Below, in pieces: positions 31,609 through 42,095 of a stretch of 64,000 nt of DNA; positions within the stretch are counted from its first letter, which is position 1; each line of letters starts with the position of its first letter. Source of the stretch: Alkalispirochaeta sp. (GTDB lineage Bacteria; Spirochaetota; Spirochaetia; DSM-27196; Alkalispirochaetaceae); assembly GCA_965242725.1 (NCBI GenBank), contig CBDESZ010000005.1, forward strand, positions 64,001 to 128,000. Reading direction: 5' to 3'. The notes under the pieces were generated by a model. That model was not told the origin of the DNA, made no database searches, and saw nothing but the letters and a program-made list of their open reading frames with translations. Position numbers and translations under genes: made by a program.

Positions 31609-33726
31609 CTACAGGGTAACGAGAAATGTGGACCCCTCTCCCGGCCTGGATCGGCAGTCGATCGTACCATGGTGCTGTTCAATGATGCGGTGGACGATTG
31701 AAAGTCCGAGGCCCGTACCGTTTGATTTGGTCGTAAAAAAGGGATTGAAAATATTGCCGCCCACGGACTGGTCAAAACCGGATCCCCAGTCACGAACTTC
31801 GATCTTCAGGCGGCCGTCCCGTGTGGCCGCCGATATGCGTACTCGTCCGTCCGGGCGGGACGCCTGGATCGCATTCAGGACGAGGTTGGCCACCACCTGC
31901 TCTATAAGGCTTCTGTCCATTTCATGGTCCGCCGCCGTCTCGAGACCGGTCGTTTCGACGGTCAGTTCGGGAAATCTGTCCAGGGGCAGACTGTCGAGGG
32001 CATTCATTACCACGAGCCCGACGGGCCACCGGCGGGTCTGTATCTCGGGGGGACGCGCGAAATCCAGAAGATTCCTGATGACCAGGCTCAGCGTATCAAT
32101 TTCATTGATCACCATATGAGTGATGCGGCGGTAATTTCCAACGTTCCGGCGTACCTGAAAATCATCCCGAAGCATCTCTGCGGACACTTTCATGACACAA
32201 AGGGGATTTCGAATCTGATGGGCGACGCCGGCGGCCATCTCGCCCAGCGCGGCGAGACGGGATGAAATTGCCAGACGATCCTCAAGGCGTTTCATTCTCG
32301 TGATGTCTTCAAAAATGGCGATGATGCCGATTTTATCGTTCTCCCGCGATCGTAACGGAGAGACGCTCACGCTCAACGTCCGCTCTTCACCGTGCCCCTG
32401 GATGACGACCTCCCTGCCGTTTCCGTACGTTTCAGATCCCAGGGCGGTCTCGATGATTCCGCACAGCGGTTCCGGCACCCTTCGGGACGTCATTTCGCGG
32501 CCCACGATTTCCTGAGCGTCGACGGCCAGCGTCCTGGCTGCGGCGGGATTGATCGTCGTAATCGTTTTCTCAAGGTTGACGGTGACAATGCCCGCGCTGA
32601 CGTTGTCGAGAATCAGTGTATTGTACAGCGACAGCTGTCGCAGCTCCTGCTCCCGGCTTTTGAGATTTTCCCGCATCGTATTGAATGCGTCGACGAGCTC
32701 GCCGAACTCGTCGTCCCTGCCGACGTGAAGGTGATGGGTCAGATTGCCGTCTGCAATCCTGTTGACTCCCTCGAGGACGTGTTGGAAGGGGCGGTAAAAG
32801 GTCAGGCGGTAAAAGATAATTCCGACGAAGAGTGCCGCAGAGAGAATCAAAAAGGTGGAGACCATGGAGATCGTGTTATATCGGGTAATCTGCCGACGAA
32901 ACTCAGTCGTGTCGAGAAGGCAATAGATGATTCCCTCCGGCGCGCCGATGCCGGACATCGAAATGGAACCTACCACATATCCGTCAGTGATCGGCGGGCT
33001 CTCATCACCCGGCGAGGGGCCTTGCGTCGCGGTAATCCGGTGCACCGTATCCCGGTCCAGATCGGCCGCGGCTACCGTCTGCGTACCGATTCTGAGAATG
33101 ATTCGGACGCCCAGAAAAGTCTGCAACGTTCCGGTGAAGTCCGCATCCAGGTTGCGGCTGAGGACGAGCACACCGATGATCTCGCTGCCCCGTTCAATCG
33201 GCGTGAGAACGGCGAGGCGGGGAGAGTCCTGACCGGGTGATACAAAAACAACCTCATTGCCGTCCATTGCGTGGGATACGTACCGGTCCAGCTCAGGGGT
33301 TACGCCCGGACTGGTTCCTGCCGCGGAAAACAGGTGATCCGGAGCGGTATACACTTCGAGCGCATCCATACCCAGGGAGGCACGATAGACCGACAACTCC
33401 CGTGCCAGCAGGTTCCTCAGTCCGAAGTCGGTATAGTCGATCACCTTCGCCTGCCCGGCAAGGAGATTGGCGTTGACCGCCTGCTCGGCTACCATCTCAC
33501 GCAGATACCCGTCGATACCCGATACGGTGCGGTCCATTTGTGCTGAAAATGCCTCGTACTGGCTCCGGGAAATGATGGTGGTGAGGGTGATGAGGGTGAC
33601 AATTCCCTGCAGGAGCACAAGAACGACAAAGGACAGCGCCACCTTGGTTGAAATTTTCAGGCTCAGGCGCCGTCCGAATCGTCGTTCAATTCGCCGTCCG
33701 TCGCGCCGTCCATCCCGCCTGAACAT
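31609..33726 (-). CDS. Sensor histidine kinase (HAMP + PAS + HisKA + HATPase)
   Basis: AHQIRNPL H-box, NLVLNAIQA, PFFTTK, GTGLGL. Confidence 0.93.
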   Translation of the reverse strand: MFRRDGRRDGRRIERRFGRRLSLKISTKVALSFVVLVLLQGIVTLITLTTIISRSQYEAFSAQMDRTVSGIDGYLREMVAEQAVNANLLAGQAKVIDYTDFGLRNLLARELSVYRASLGMDALEVYTAPDHLFSAAGTSPGVTPELDRYVSHAMDGNEVVFVSPGQDSPRLAVLTPIERGSEIIGVLVLSRNLDADFTGTLQTFLGVRIILRIGTQTVAAADLDRDTVHRITATQGPSPGDESPPITDGYVVGSISMSGIGAPEGIIYCLLDTTEFRRQITRYNTISMVSTFLILSAALFVGIIFYRLTFYRPFQHVLEGVNRIADGNLTHHLHVGRDDEFGELVDAFNTMRENLKSREQELRQLSLYNTLILDNVSAGIVTVNLEKTITTINPAAARTLAVDAQEIVGREMTSRRVPEPLCGIIETALGSETYGNGREVVIQGHGEERTLSVSVSPLRSRENDKIGIIAIFEDITRMKRLEDRLAISSRLAALGEMAAGVAHQIRNPLCVMKVSAEMLRDDFQVRRNVGNYRRITHMVINEIDTLSLVIRNLLDFARPPEIQTRRWPVGLVVMNALDSLPLDRFPELTVETTGLETAADHEMDRSLIEQVVANLVLNAIQASRPDGRVRISAATRDGRLKIEVRDWGSGFDQSVGGNIFNPFFTTKSNGTGLGLSIVHRIIEQHHGTIDCRSRPGEGSTFLVTL

Positions 33727-33756
33727 CTCCTCTGTATCTCCTTCGTCGTTTCGGAC

Positions 33757-35046
33757 TTACTTCACGAGCTGATCGATCTCACGCTGGGCGTTCTGCAACG
33801 CCACCGGGGGATCAACGTTTCCCCGGAGCGCTTCGTATATCCAGTACTGCAGGCGGTTGGACATATCCCGATACGCGGGATGGATCGGCCGGTGGTGGAC
33901 CCCCCCGATCTGCCTTCGCTTGAGACCGATATCGGGATCTTCCCGCAGTGTCGTCTCCTCATCCCATACTTCCCGCCATACCGGCATCTCTTCCAGATGG
34001 CGACGCTGAAATTCCGGGGATGACAGGAAGCGGACAAATCGCCACGCCGTTTCCTTGTTCACGCTGTTGTGTGTCACCGAGAGGCCCTGATATCCGCTCA
34101 CCGTCGTGGTGTCCGCCCCCCGGCGCGCGACGGATCGCGCCGTCGGTATGAGTCCCGCCCGCCCCGTCTCACGAATCGGCAGTTCCGACTCATCGATCAG
34201 GCGTCCCAGAAAGACCCAGTTCGGTGCAAAGAGCGCGTCTCCGGCGGTAAAGACCTCGGCTGCAAAAACCTCCTCACTTTGAAGGGAATAGGGATTGAGG
34301 AGACCCCGGTCCAGAAGATCCACCAGGAATGCGAGCGCCTCTTCCGCCCCCGATGTTGTTACATCGATGGCGCCGGAATGGTCATAGAGATCCCCTCCAA
34401 AAGCGCCGGTGAGCCAGACAAACTCACAGACAAGGGCCTCCTGTTTGCGCAAGGGGAGGAAAACGGGAAATTCGATGACACCTCTACGGCGGGCGGCAGA
34501 GGCCATATCGACCATCTCTTCAAGGGTGGACGGAGGATCATGAAAACCGGCGCGTTCAAGGATGCCCATGTTTGTAAAGAGGAGCTTGAAGTTAGCGAGA
34601 AACGGGACGGCCCACAACGCGCCGCCATAATCAAAGGCGGAGTAAATCTCGGGAACGATATTCCCCCGCACCTCCCTGGAAAGATCCGGCGGAACGGGAT
34701 CGATGAGACCCCGCTCGGCAAATTCCGCCGTCCAGATCAAATCAAGAAGAATGATATCGTACGCCCCTTCCGCCATATCCGCGGAATGCATAATCAGGCT
34801 GTACTGGTCCTCGTATTCCGCAAAGGTGAGTTCCACATTGATCCCCGTGAGCGCCCGGAATTCCTCCGCCCGCCTCTGGACATCCGAAGGGGAATACCCG
34901 GCCTGGGCCATGTAGATCATGCGGAGTTGCTGCGCCGCCGCCGGAGTTGCAACCGCCTGAGCTGCAACCGCGTCGACGGCAGCCGTCAATGAGAGAGACA
35001 GGAAAAAAGCCACTCTCCACCGCATAGGATACGGTACATCCGCCAT
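33757..35046 (-). CDS. Extracellular sugar-binding protein associated with the two-component system
   Basis: CUT1-type motifs 'YDIILLDLIWTAEFAERG' and 'AWRFVRFLSS'; start uncertain. Confidence 0.85.
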   Translation of the reverse strand: MADVPYPMRWRVAFFLSLSLTAAVDAVAAQAVATPAAAQQLRMIYMAQAGYSPSDVQRRAEEFRALTGINVELTFAEYEDQYSLIMHSADMAEGAYDIILLDLIWTAEFAERGLIDPVPPDLSREVRGNIVPEIYSAFDYGGALWAVPFLANFKLLFTNMGILERAGFHDPPSTLEEMVDMASAARRRGVIEFPVFLPLRKQEALVCEFVWLTGAFGGDLYDHSGAIDVTTSGAEEALAFLVDLLDRGLLNPYSLQSEEVFAAEVFTAGDALFAPNWVFLGRLIDESELPIRETGRAGLIPTARSVARRGADTTTVSGYQGLSVTHNSVNKETAWRFVRFLSSPEFQRRHLEEMPVWREVWDEETTLREDPDIGLKRRQIGGVHHRPIHPAYRDMSNRLQYWIYEALRGNVDPPVALQNAQREIDQLVK

Positions 35047-35130
35047 ATGGCGGTGTCAACGAAGAGTTCCGCTAGAGCTCGTCCATCGCCGCCGCTACCG
35101 GTTCAGTCGATTTGTCGGATGATCCGGTAC

Positions 35131-35192
35131 ATTGAACTTCGTTCCGCCCGGCGCCATTCCCTGCAGACGCGATCAACCCGCCCTTGCAGAGG
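35131..35192. repeat. Intergenic ~60-bp dispersed repeat, copy 1 (copy 2 at 43210)
   Basis: Ungapped match; identical 17-bp (ATTGAACTTCGTTCCGC) and 14-bp (ACCCGCCCTTGCAG) ends. Confidence 0.8.
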
Positions 35193-35237
35193 CGCGGCGG
35201 CGCTCATCACTCACCCCCACGGTTGTGGACAGCAAGG

Positions 35238-35801
35238 TCACCGCGTTGCGCTGCGATACCGTAGAAAAACCATTCCGTTGCCGAATCGTCGCTCCTCCAT
35301 AAGATCGATCGCCGGCCGCAGATTTCGTGGCCAATAGGGAGTGCCTCCGCCAACAACAACCGGCGAGAGATAGAGGTGATACTCGTCCACAAGACCCGCT
35401 CGAATCGCCTCGGCCGCGAGGGTGGGGCCGCCGACGGCCAGGTCCCCATGGGATCGCTCTTTCAACTCCCGTACCATCTTCGCGTCAAACTCCCGTTCCA
35501 GCCTCGTCCGTGCGGTGGTGACCTCAGGGAGCGTCCGGGAGAAGACCACCTTATCAGTCTCCTTCCAGATCCGCGCGTAGTCTAGTATCACCTCGGTCAC
35601 CGACGGAAACGCCTCCGGCGTCTCCCAGACCGCCATCGTTTCATAGAGCTTCCTTCCGTAGAGGTGTGTCTTGATCGACCGCTCCAGATCATTTACAAAC
35701 GCGTGCACCTCCGCATCCGGCTCTCCCCATCCAAATTTTCCGTCTTCATCGGTGACACAGCCGTCGAGGGACGTGAAAAAGGAATATATGAGCTTACCCA
35801 T
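35238..35801 (-). CDS. Dihydrofolate reductase family (RibD C-terminal) protein
   Basis: SLDG, GRKLYE, GGPTLA, LVDEY..PV..GGG. Confidence 0.9.
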   Translation of the reverse strand: MGKLIYSFFTSLDGCVTDEDGKFGWGEPDAEVHAFVNDLERSIKTHLYGRKLYETMAVWETPEAFPSVTEVILDYARIWKETDKVVFSRTLPEVTTARTRLEREFDAKMVRELKERSHGDLAVGGPTLAAEAIRAGLVDEYHLYLSPVVVGGGTPYWPRNLRPAIDLMEERRFGNGMVFLRYRSATR

Positions 35802-35855
35802 TGTGAAACCTCCGGGACAGGTACATCACCCGTCACACCGCATTCTACATGAAAA

Positions 35856-36407
35856 TCAATGCGTCCGAAGGCCGATGTGGGCGGTGATATATCCGTGATT
35901 TGACAGGATACCGCCGTATCTCCCGGAATCAAGCTGATAGGAGAACTGGGCGCCCACTAAAAACTTCCCCTGTTGTGTCTCAATTCGTCCAACGAGGACG
36001 GGATGCAACTCGGTGGAAATGTAATAGCTGTAATAGGTGAGATCTTCAGGGTAGTCGCTGTACATCACGATTGCCACCGCGCCTGCGCCAATCTCCAGAA
36101 ATGGCAGCACCTTTCGACATACGTCGTGGAACGAATACAGTATATGGTGTTCCGTAAGCTCGTATTCGTACTCCGTAAAGTGGAGGGAATACAAGAGATT
36201 CCCTGTATACACAAGCTCGTCCCCCGATGTTGAAATATAGAAGCCGCCAAAGAAGCAGGGGATGTCGTAAAAATCAATTGGAGCTTTCGAGTTTCGTTGT
36301 ACGAACTCCTCTTCATTGGCAAATGGACCTATGACCAGACCGGTCTCGAGACTGAAGGAAGCGGCGGATATCAATAGAAAGACGAACGCGAATCCCCGAC
36401 GCATCAT
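35856..36407 (-). CDS. Hypothetical exported protein
   Basis: AGGAG SD before ATG 36407, signal peptide, aromatic-rich beta-strand-like pattern. Confidence 0.6.
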   Translation of the reverse strand: MMRRGFAFVFLLISAASFSLETGLVIGPFANEEEFVQRNSKAPIDFYDIPCFFGGFYISTSGDELVYTGNLLYSLHFTEYEYELTEHHILYSFHDVCRKVLPFLEIGAGAVAIVMYSDYPEDLTYYSYYISTELHPVLVGRIETQQGKFLVGAQFSYQLDSGRYGGILSNHGYITAHIGLRTH

Positions 36408-36539
36408 GGCGACTCCTATTAACGGATCATTTTTCTTCACGGCAGTCATTATAAAATTCAATAATACGATATCAGGACAAATTCTGCCATTTCTATAAGC
36501 GAACAACGGAGTATGAATGTGTAATGTGCGGATTCAGCA

Positions 36540-37055
36540 TTACGAACGTCCACGGCCTCCGGAGCTATCCAGAAAGTGCCTGATTACTGCGGACTTATCA
36601 GGTCGTCCGATTTCGGCGTATGCACGTACTTCATGGAGCAACGATGTTATGGGGACCACGAGATCCTTATAACGAACAAACTCGATTATTGATTCGATGT
36701 TGGGTGTATCATCCCATCCCTCTGGAGAAATCCGGTGCCGGACCTCCCCCATGAGTTCGATATCAATACCGTGGTAATTCAGCTTTCCGTAGTGGGATTG
36801 AATATGTTCTGAAGTGCGGAAATATGTAGGTGAGACGACGCTTGCCCGGGCAGCCAGACATCGTTCAATCTCGTACGCCCCTTCGGCGGTCGTCTGGATG
36901 TCGACGTCCCCGATCGGCAGATCGATACCGTGCAGGAAGAGGGTGAGACTGCCGGTAATTGCGTACCTCACGTGTTGCAACGCGCCGACGATCGTCCTTA
37001 AAGCTCCCTTAACCTCACGGGGCAGGTCCCGCATACATTCGTACCTGATTTCCAT
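36540..37055 (-). CDS. Nucleotidyltransferase-fold protein
   Basis: 'YAITGS...LHG......DVDIQT' GS/DxD motif. Confidence 0.7.
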   Translation of the reverse strand: MEIRYECMRDLPREVKGALRTIVGALQHVRYAITGSLTLFLHGIDLPIGDVDIQTTAEGAYEIERCLAARASVVSPTYFRTSEHIQSHYGKLNYHGIDIELMGEVRHRISPEGWDDTPNIESIIEFVRYKDLVVPITSLLHEVRAYAEIGRPDKSAVIRHFLDSSGGRGRS

Positions 37056-37277
37056 TGACTCGAGTGTTCACTGTACCGATTCTCATTGAGTCCAATCAAC
37101 CGACCGGTGGCGACCGTTGCAAGGTATTTTATCGCTTCTTCCCGACCGATCAAACGTGCTTACCCGCACGAATTAACCGCAAACTTGCGCCTCATGACAA
37201 CTTCAGAACTCCCCTACACGCTATCGTTCCAGTCGGTGGTACGGCGGACCCCGCCGCAGGGATCAGGAGGTGAAAAA

Positions 37278-37868
37278 ATGAAGCGGATAGGAATGATCGT
37301 GCTGATGGCGGTGGTCACTGCGGTGAGCGTCGCGGCAACTCCCGCGGAGGAGGCGGAGAGACGAAACTTTCTCGGTACCTCGGCGTTCATGGTTGCCTCG
37401 TTCATACCCGACCTGGACGTCATATTCTATGAAATCGACTACGGTCGGCGCCTCCGGGAAGGGCGGTACTTCCTCGCCGGAGCGCACGTTTACAGGATCG
37501 ATGCGCCCATGTCCGCTACGGACGGCGTTCGCTATCCCGGTCGCGTCTATACCTATGGGCCGATCGTCGGCTTTCAGTACCTCCGTCCGTCGGGAATTTT
37601 TATCAGCCAGCTTGTCAATCCGATGATCCTCGACTATCGCGATAGAGGAGACGACGGGATCGGAACGGGGTACATGGTGCTCCTTGCGACGCGAGCGGGC
37701 TATCATCTCGATTTTTCCATCGGCGGCGTCCCCTTCTACTTCGAGGCAGCCGCGGAATTCAATTTCTGGCCGTGGTCGGGCGGCGCACCGGCGGAGTTTC
37801 GGGACATCGACACGGAGTATCCCCGGTATTGCTTTGCCCCTGCCTTGAACACGGGAATACGGTTTTAA
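37278..37868 (+). CDS. Hypothetical exported (possibly outer-membrane beta-barrel) protein
   Basis: AGGAGG SD, signal peptide, C-terminal 'NTGIRF'. Confidence 0.65.
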   Translation: MKRIGMIVLMAVVTAVSVAATPAEEAERRNFLGTSAFMVASFIPDLDVIFYEIDYGRRLREGRYFLAGAHVYRIDAPMSATDGVRYPGRVYTYGPIVGFQYLRPSGIFISQLVNPMILDYRDRGDDGIGTGYMVLLATRAGYHLDFSIGGVPFYFEAAAEFNFWPWSGGAPAEFRDIDTEYPRYCFAPALNTGIRF

Positions 37869-38003
37869 TATGGCGTCCCTATTACGCGACACATCGCGGT
37901 GTGGCCGGAATAGGCTCCCCGGGCGGCATAGAGATCCCGCCAACCCTTCACGACAGGTTCCGCCGCCGTTGCGACGAAATCACTCATACATTGGAGGATC
38001 AAC

Positions 38004-38630
38004 ATGAAAAGAAAAGTTTTTGTTATTTCGCTGGCTGTGTTCCTCGTCGTCGCGGCGGGGATACCTCTTGCTTCCCGACTCCATCACGACCGGGGAAATC
38101 CCCGTGACCGGATGCACGCCTACTACGTGGAGACCTCCGTGGAGGTCTCCGCTTCCGCCGGGGAGGTATATCGATTTCTGCTCTACGATATTCCCTCTGT
38201 CTATGAGGATCTGACGGAGATGCATGATCATTTCGCAATTCTCGAGGGAGACCATCTGGAGGTGGGCGGCGTGGTTGAGTGTGTGGAGGGAGACCCGCAG
38301 CAATATGTGGTGCACAATTATGTCGTTACGGCGCTTGAGAAGGACAGGCTCGTAGCCATGGCATCGACGCCGTCGCGCGTAGTCGATCGCACTTCGGGTC
38401 GGCAGATCACCACCTGTGATACCTGGGTCTATCTCGAAATCGACCCTATTGAGGCGATGAATGAGGAGGCAGCCCTCCTGTCCATGACCGTTGTGATCGC
38501 CATGGAAAACTCATACATCAAGACGCTCCTGGACATCATTGCCCTTATCGGCGGCACCCGTGACCAGTGGGAAACGCAGTTTACCGAAGAACTCGAAAAC
38601 TACAAGAAGGCAATCGAGGGAACGGTATAG
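38004..38630 (+). CDS. Hypothetical protein with N-terminal anchor, possibly SRPBCC-like
   Basis: GGAGG SD; 'VETSVEVSASAGEVYRFL' start and terminal helix 'EELENYKKAIE'. Confidence 0.55.
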   Translation: MKRKVFVISLAVFLVVAAGIPLASRLHHDRGNPRDRMHAYYVETSVEVSASAGEVYRFLLYDIPSVYEDLTEMHDHFAILEGDHLEVGGVVECVEGDPQQYVVHNYVVTALEKDRLVAMASTPSRVVDRTSGRQITTCDTWVYLEIDPIEAMNEEAALLSMTVVIAMENSYIKTLLDIIALIGGTRDQWETQFTEELENYKKAIEGTV

Positions 38631-39650
38631 TCACGCGGCGGGCGTGCCCGATCGGCGGTACTCACGGGGGGTGACGCCGGTCCAGGACTTGAACGCCTTG
38701 ATAAAGGCGCTCGCATCGGAATATCCCAGAAGGAAGGCGATCTCCTCCACCGCCCGCCCGTCCCGGAGGTGGACTTTCGCGGCGGATTCACGGGTGTGCT
38801 GGACAACTGCGCTGAAAGTGGTACCTTCCGCGGCGAGGCGGCTCTGCAGCGCCCGGACGCTCATGTTCAACTGTCGGGCAATGCGACGTACACCCAGGCC
38901 CCGGCCGTCAAAGCTTTCAGTCGCCGCCCGGGCTACCTCACTTTGCACACCCCCGGAATCCTCCAGTTTCTCCAGGGTCCGCCTGGCATAGGACTCAAAA
39001 TATGCAACCAGCTTCTCGTTGGGATTGATCGTCGGCGTTTTGCCCTGAGCGGGATTGAGGACCACGTAATTGGAACGGCATTTGAAATGGACGGGGCATC
39101 GGAATACACGGCGGTACTCGGCGTCCGAGGACGGCGGGTCGACGCAAAACCCGACCTCCAGGGGAGAAATCTCGCGGCCCGTCAGTTTTCTCGCAAGGGT
39201 GATCATGCTGGCAATCACCGAAGGATAGGCGTGGTGCGACGGCGGTGCGGCTCCGTTCGCAGGCAGGTAGGTCACCCTGATACCGTGCATCCCTGGTCGC
39301 GTCCGCGGGATGAGGGCGGTACTCACCAGCTTGTGATATCGGCCGGCGATGGTCATGGCGGCGGCGAGGGTGGGGCTGTTCATCATGAGATAGCCCACGA
39401 TCCCGTAATGGCTCGGTTCGATGATTTCCCCCATATGCAGGCCCAGGCACTCATCTCCCGTCAGCTCCGCCGCCGCATCCTCGATGGCGGCACACACCCC
39501 GATGTCGACGCGACCGTCCGGATCGGACAGCAGATCGATATTCGCGCCTGCATGCCTGAACACATCGGCGGTATCAACGCCGATGTGTCTGAGATAGCGA
39601 TCGAGGAGGGCGAGAACTCCCACTGAGACATCAAATTCCGACGCGTGCAC
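38631..39650 (-). CDS. AraC family regulator with arabinose-binding-like N-terminal domain
   Basis: 'LGLHMGE....YGIVGYL', 'MSVRALQSRL', 'LGYSDASAFIKAFKSWTGVTP'; start uncertain. Confidence 0.88.
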   Translation of the reverse strand: MHASEFDVSVGVLALLDRYLRHIGVDTADVFRHAGANIDLLSDPDGRVDIGVCAAIEDAAAELTGDECLGLHMGEIIEPSHYGIVGYLMMNSPTLAAAMTIAGRYHKLVSTALIPRTRPGMHGIRVTYLPANGAAPPSHHAYPSVIASMITLARKLTGREISPLEVGFCVDPPSSDAEYRRVFRCPVHFKCRSNYVVLNPAQGKTPTINPNEKLVAYFESYARRTLEKLEDSGGVQSEVARAATESFDGRGLGVRRIARQLNMSVRALQSRLAAEGTTFSAVVQHTRESAAKVHLRDGRAVEEIAFLLGYSDASAFIKAFKSWTGVTPREYRRSGTPAA

Positions 39651-39732
39651 GCAAAATAATAGCACGAAATGACCATTTCTTTGCGCGCCGAAACAACTGT
39701 CGTCGCCCTCCACGGGGTACTATAGGAGCGTT

Positions 39733-40404
39733 ATGAACCACTGCAATCGGAAAACAAGGACCACCGCGTCCGTCCTTGGTGTCCTCCTTGGTATGGCCGG
39801 CGCCATCAACCACGGCATCTTTGAAATCCTCCAGGGAAACACGCCCACTCCGGGGCCCTTCATCGAGGCGATCGGTCCATCCCACCGATTCTGGATTCAC
39901 GGCACGGAAGGGGCGATTACGGTCATCCCCAACTTCCTCGTCACCGGAATCGCCGTTCTCGTGGTGAGCCTCGCCGTCATCGTGTGGTCGGTAAAATATA
40001 TTCATCGACGGCACGGTGCCACGGTATTTCTCGTCCTCATGGCGCTGCTGACGGCAGTAGGTGGCGGAATCGGACACATTGTCCTCGTTATTCCCGTCTG
40101 GGCCTACGCAACACGAATCTGTACACCCCTCCGGTGGTGGAAGAGGGTGCTGTCCCCGCGAGCCACCGCCATCGCGGCACGCCTGTGGTGGCCCCTCCTG
40201 TTGCTCACAGTCTTCTCCTGGATCATCGTCATGGAGCTGGGTATCTTCGGCTACCTCCCCGGACAGACCGACCCCGACACGATCCTGAACATATGCTTCG
40301 CCTTCGTGCTGTTGACGGTGCTCCTCGCCAACCTCGCCTTTATCGGCGCCATTGGCGGAGACCTGGAAGAAAAGAGAGGTGTTCTGCCACCGGAAGAACG
40401 TTAG
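39733..40404 (+). CDS. Hypothetical membrane protein
   Basis: AGGAG SD, several TM segments, divergent from the AraC gene. Confidence 0.7.
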   Translation: MNHCNRKTRTTASVLGVLLGMAGAINHGIFEILQGNTPTPGPFIEAIGPSHRFWIHGTEGAITVIPNFLVTGIAVLVVSLAVIVWSVKYIHRRHGATVFLVLMALLTAVGGGIGHIVLVIPVWAYATRICTPLRWWKRVLSPRATAIAARLWWPLLLLTVFSWIIVMELGIFGYLPGQTDPDTILNICFAFVLLTVLLANLAFIGAIGGDLEEKRGVLPPEER

Positions 40405-42095
40405 GTAACCTTTGGCCCCGCCTCCCTAACCGCAACGGAGCAACCCGATTCGAAGAAGTCAAAGTTCTCCTTAAAGAGGCGGGCAAGACGTCCCTTTATG
40501 CTGCGGTACTCAGCGGTGTTCTCCCAGCTCTCTTCCGGCCACAGCGTGTGGGGGTCAATGCCGGGCAGCTCCGTCTTGACCTCAAAACCAAAAACAGGAT
40601 CTCGACGGCCTGGTAAACGGTCAAGTTCTCCGGAGTGGATCGCATCTATAATCCTTCGCGTCGTTTCCAGAGGAATCCGTCGTCCCGTCCCATACGCGCC
40701 GCCGGTCCAGCCGGTATTGACCAGCCACACCGCCGCCCCGTTTCGTTCGATATATCCCGCAAGCAGTTCCGCGTATCGTGATGGATGCCAGGGAATAAAG
40801 GCTGCTCCGAAGCACGCCGAGAAGGTTGCCTGGGGTTCAAGGACGCCTTCCTCGGTACCGGCGATCTTCGCGGTATATCCGCTGATGAAGTGGTACATCG
40901 CCTGCTCCGGTGACAACCGGGCGACGGGCGGAAGAACTCCAAAGGCGTCGCAGGAAAGAAAGACGATATTCCTGGGATGATTCCCGACGCAGGGAATCTT
41001 GGCGTTCTGAATGTATTCAATTGGATAGGAACAGCGGGTGTTCTGGGTGACGGAATCATCGGAAAAGTCCACCACCCGCGAGAGGGGATCATAGACCACG
41101 TTTTCCAGGACCGCCCCAAAGCGTATCGCGCCGTAAATTTCCGGCTCCTTCTCCGGGTCGAGGTCTATGCATTTGGCGTAGCAGCCGCCTTCCACGTTGT
41201 AGACGCCCTTCGGGGACCAGCAGTGCTCGTCGTCGCCGATCAGCCTTCGGGACGCGTCGGCGGAGAGCGTCGTCTTTCCCGTTCCCGAGAGGCCAAAAAA
41301 GAGGCACACATCACCGTCGGCCCCTTCATTTGCTGAGCAGTGCATGGAAAGGACGTTCTTTTTGGGCATGCGGTAGTTTACGTACGTAAAGACGCCCTTC
41401 TTCATTTCCCCGGCGTATTCGGTACCCAGAATCACCATCTCACCCCGGGTAAAATCGATGTCCACGCTTGTCTTGCTTGTCATCCCCTGGGTAAACCGGT
41501 TGGCCGAGAAGGCGCCGGCGTTGTAAATGACAAACTCGGGCTCCCTGAAGGATTCCAGCTCCTCCGGCGTCGGGGTGATGAGCATGTTTGACATAAACAG
41601 CGCATGGTACGCCCGCTCACAGACGACACGTACCGTAAAGCGATGTTCCCCGTCCCACCCCGCAAAGGCGTCGACGATAAAGAGGCGTTTGCGGGTATTG
41701 AGATAATCAATCGCCCGTTCGCGATTGATGAGAAAGACTCGATCGCTGCAGGGTTGATTGATCTCGCCCCACCAGATCTCGTCCCGGGTCTGGTCGTCCT
41801 CCACAATCCGCTTGTCTCCGGGGCTGCGTCCCGTCTTGTCGCCGGATCGCACGGTGAGCGCTCCCTGGGCCGTGATGGCAGACCCCTCCTCGAAAGTGAG
41901 GGCGTATTCATAAAGCTTCGCTGCGGAGAGATTTCGATATAACGTCGGCCCGGCGATCTCGGGTATCTCAAACCCCTTCATGATCGTACCGGCCGGTGCC
42001 GCTGATACCGGCGTTCCGCCCGGCGCCGTGGCTCGCGCCGCAGCCCCCGACGCCACTCCCGGAGACTGCTGTGCCGCCCGCCCGCCCGGACTCAC
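40401..42095 (-). CDS. pckA: Phosphoenolpyruvate carboxykinase (ATP)
   Basis: [40 protein letters not shown]. Start is either GTG 42095 (overlapping the asd stop) or ATG 41981. Confidence 0.95.
   Translation of the reverse strand: MSPGGRAAQQSPGVASGAAARATAPGGTPVSAAPAGTIMKGFEIPEIAGPTLYRNLSAAKLYEYALTFEEGSAITAQGALTVRSGDKTGRSPGDKRIVEDDQTRDEIWWGEINQPCSDRVFLINRERAIDYLNTRKRLFIVDAFAGWDGEHRFTVRVVCERAYHALFMSNMLITPTPEELESFREPEFVIYNAGAFSANRFTQGMTSKTSVDIDFTRGEMVILGTEYAGEMKKGVFTYVNYRMPKKNVLSMHCSANEGADGDVCLFFGLSGTGKTTLSADASRRLIGDDEHCWSPKGVYNVEGGCYAKCIDLDPEKEPEIYGAIRFGAVLENVVYDPLSRVVDFSDDSVTQNTRCSYPIEYIQNAKIPCVGNHPRNIVFLSCDAFGVLPPVARLSPEQAMYHFISGYTAKIAGTEEGVLEPQATFSACFGAAFIPWHPSRYAELLAGYIERNGAAVWLVNTGWTGGAYGTGRRIPLETTRRIIDAIHSGELDRLPGRRDPVFGFEVKTELPGIDPHTLWPEESWENTAEYRSIKGRLARLFKENFDFFESGCSVAVREAGPKVT

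Noticed and set aside
36498..36546. Decayed attC between two AT-rich genes
   Set aside because: Too short, the core boxes are mutated and the L boxes do not pair.
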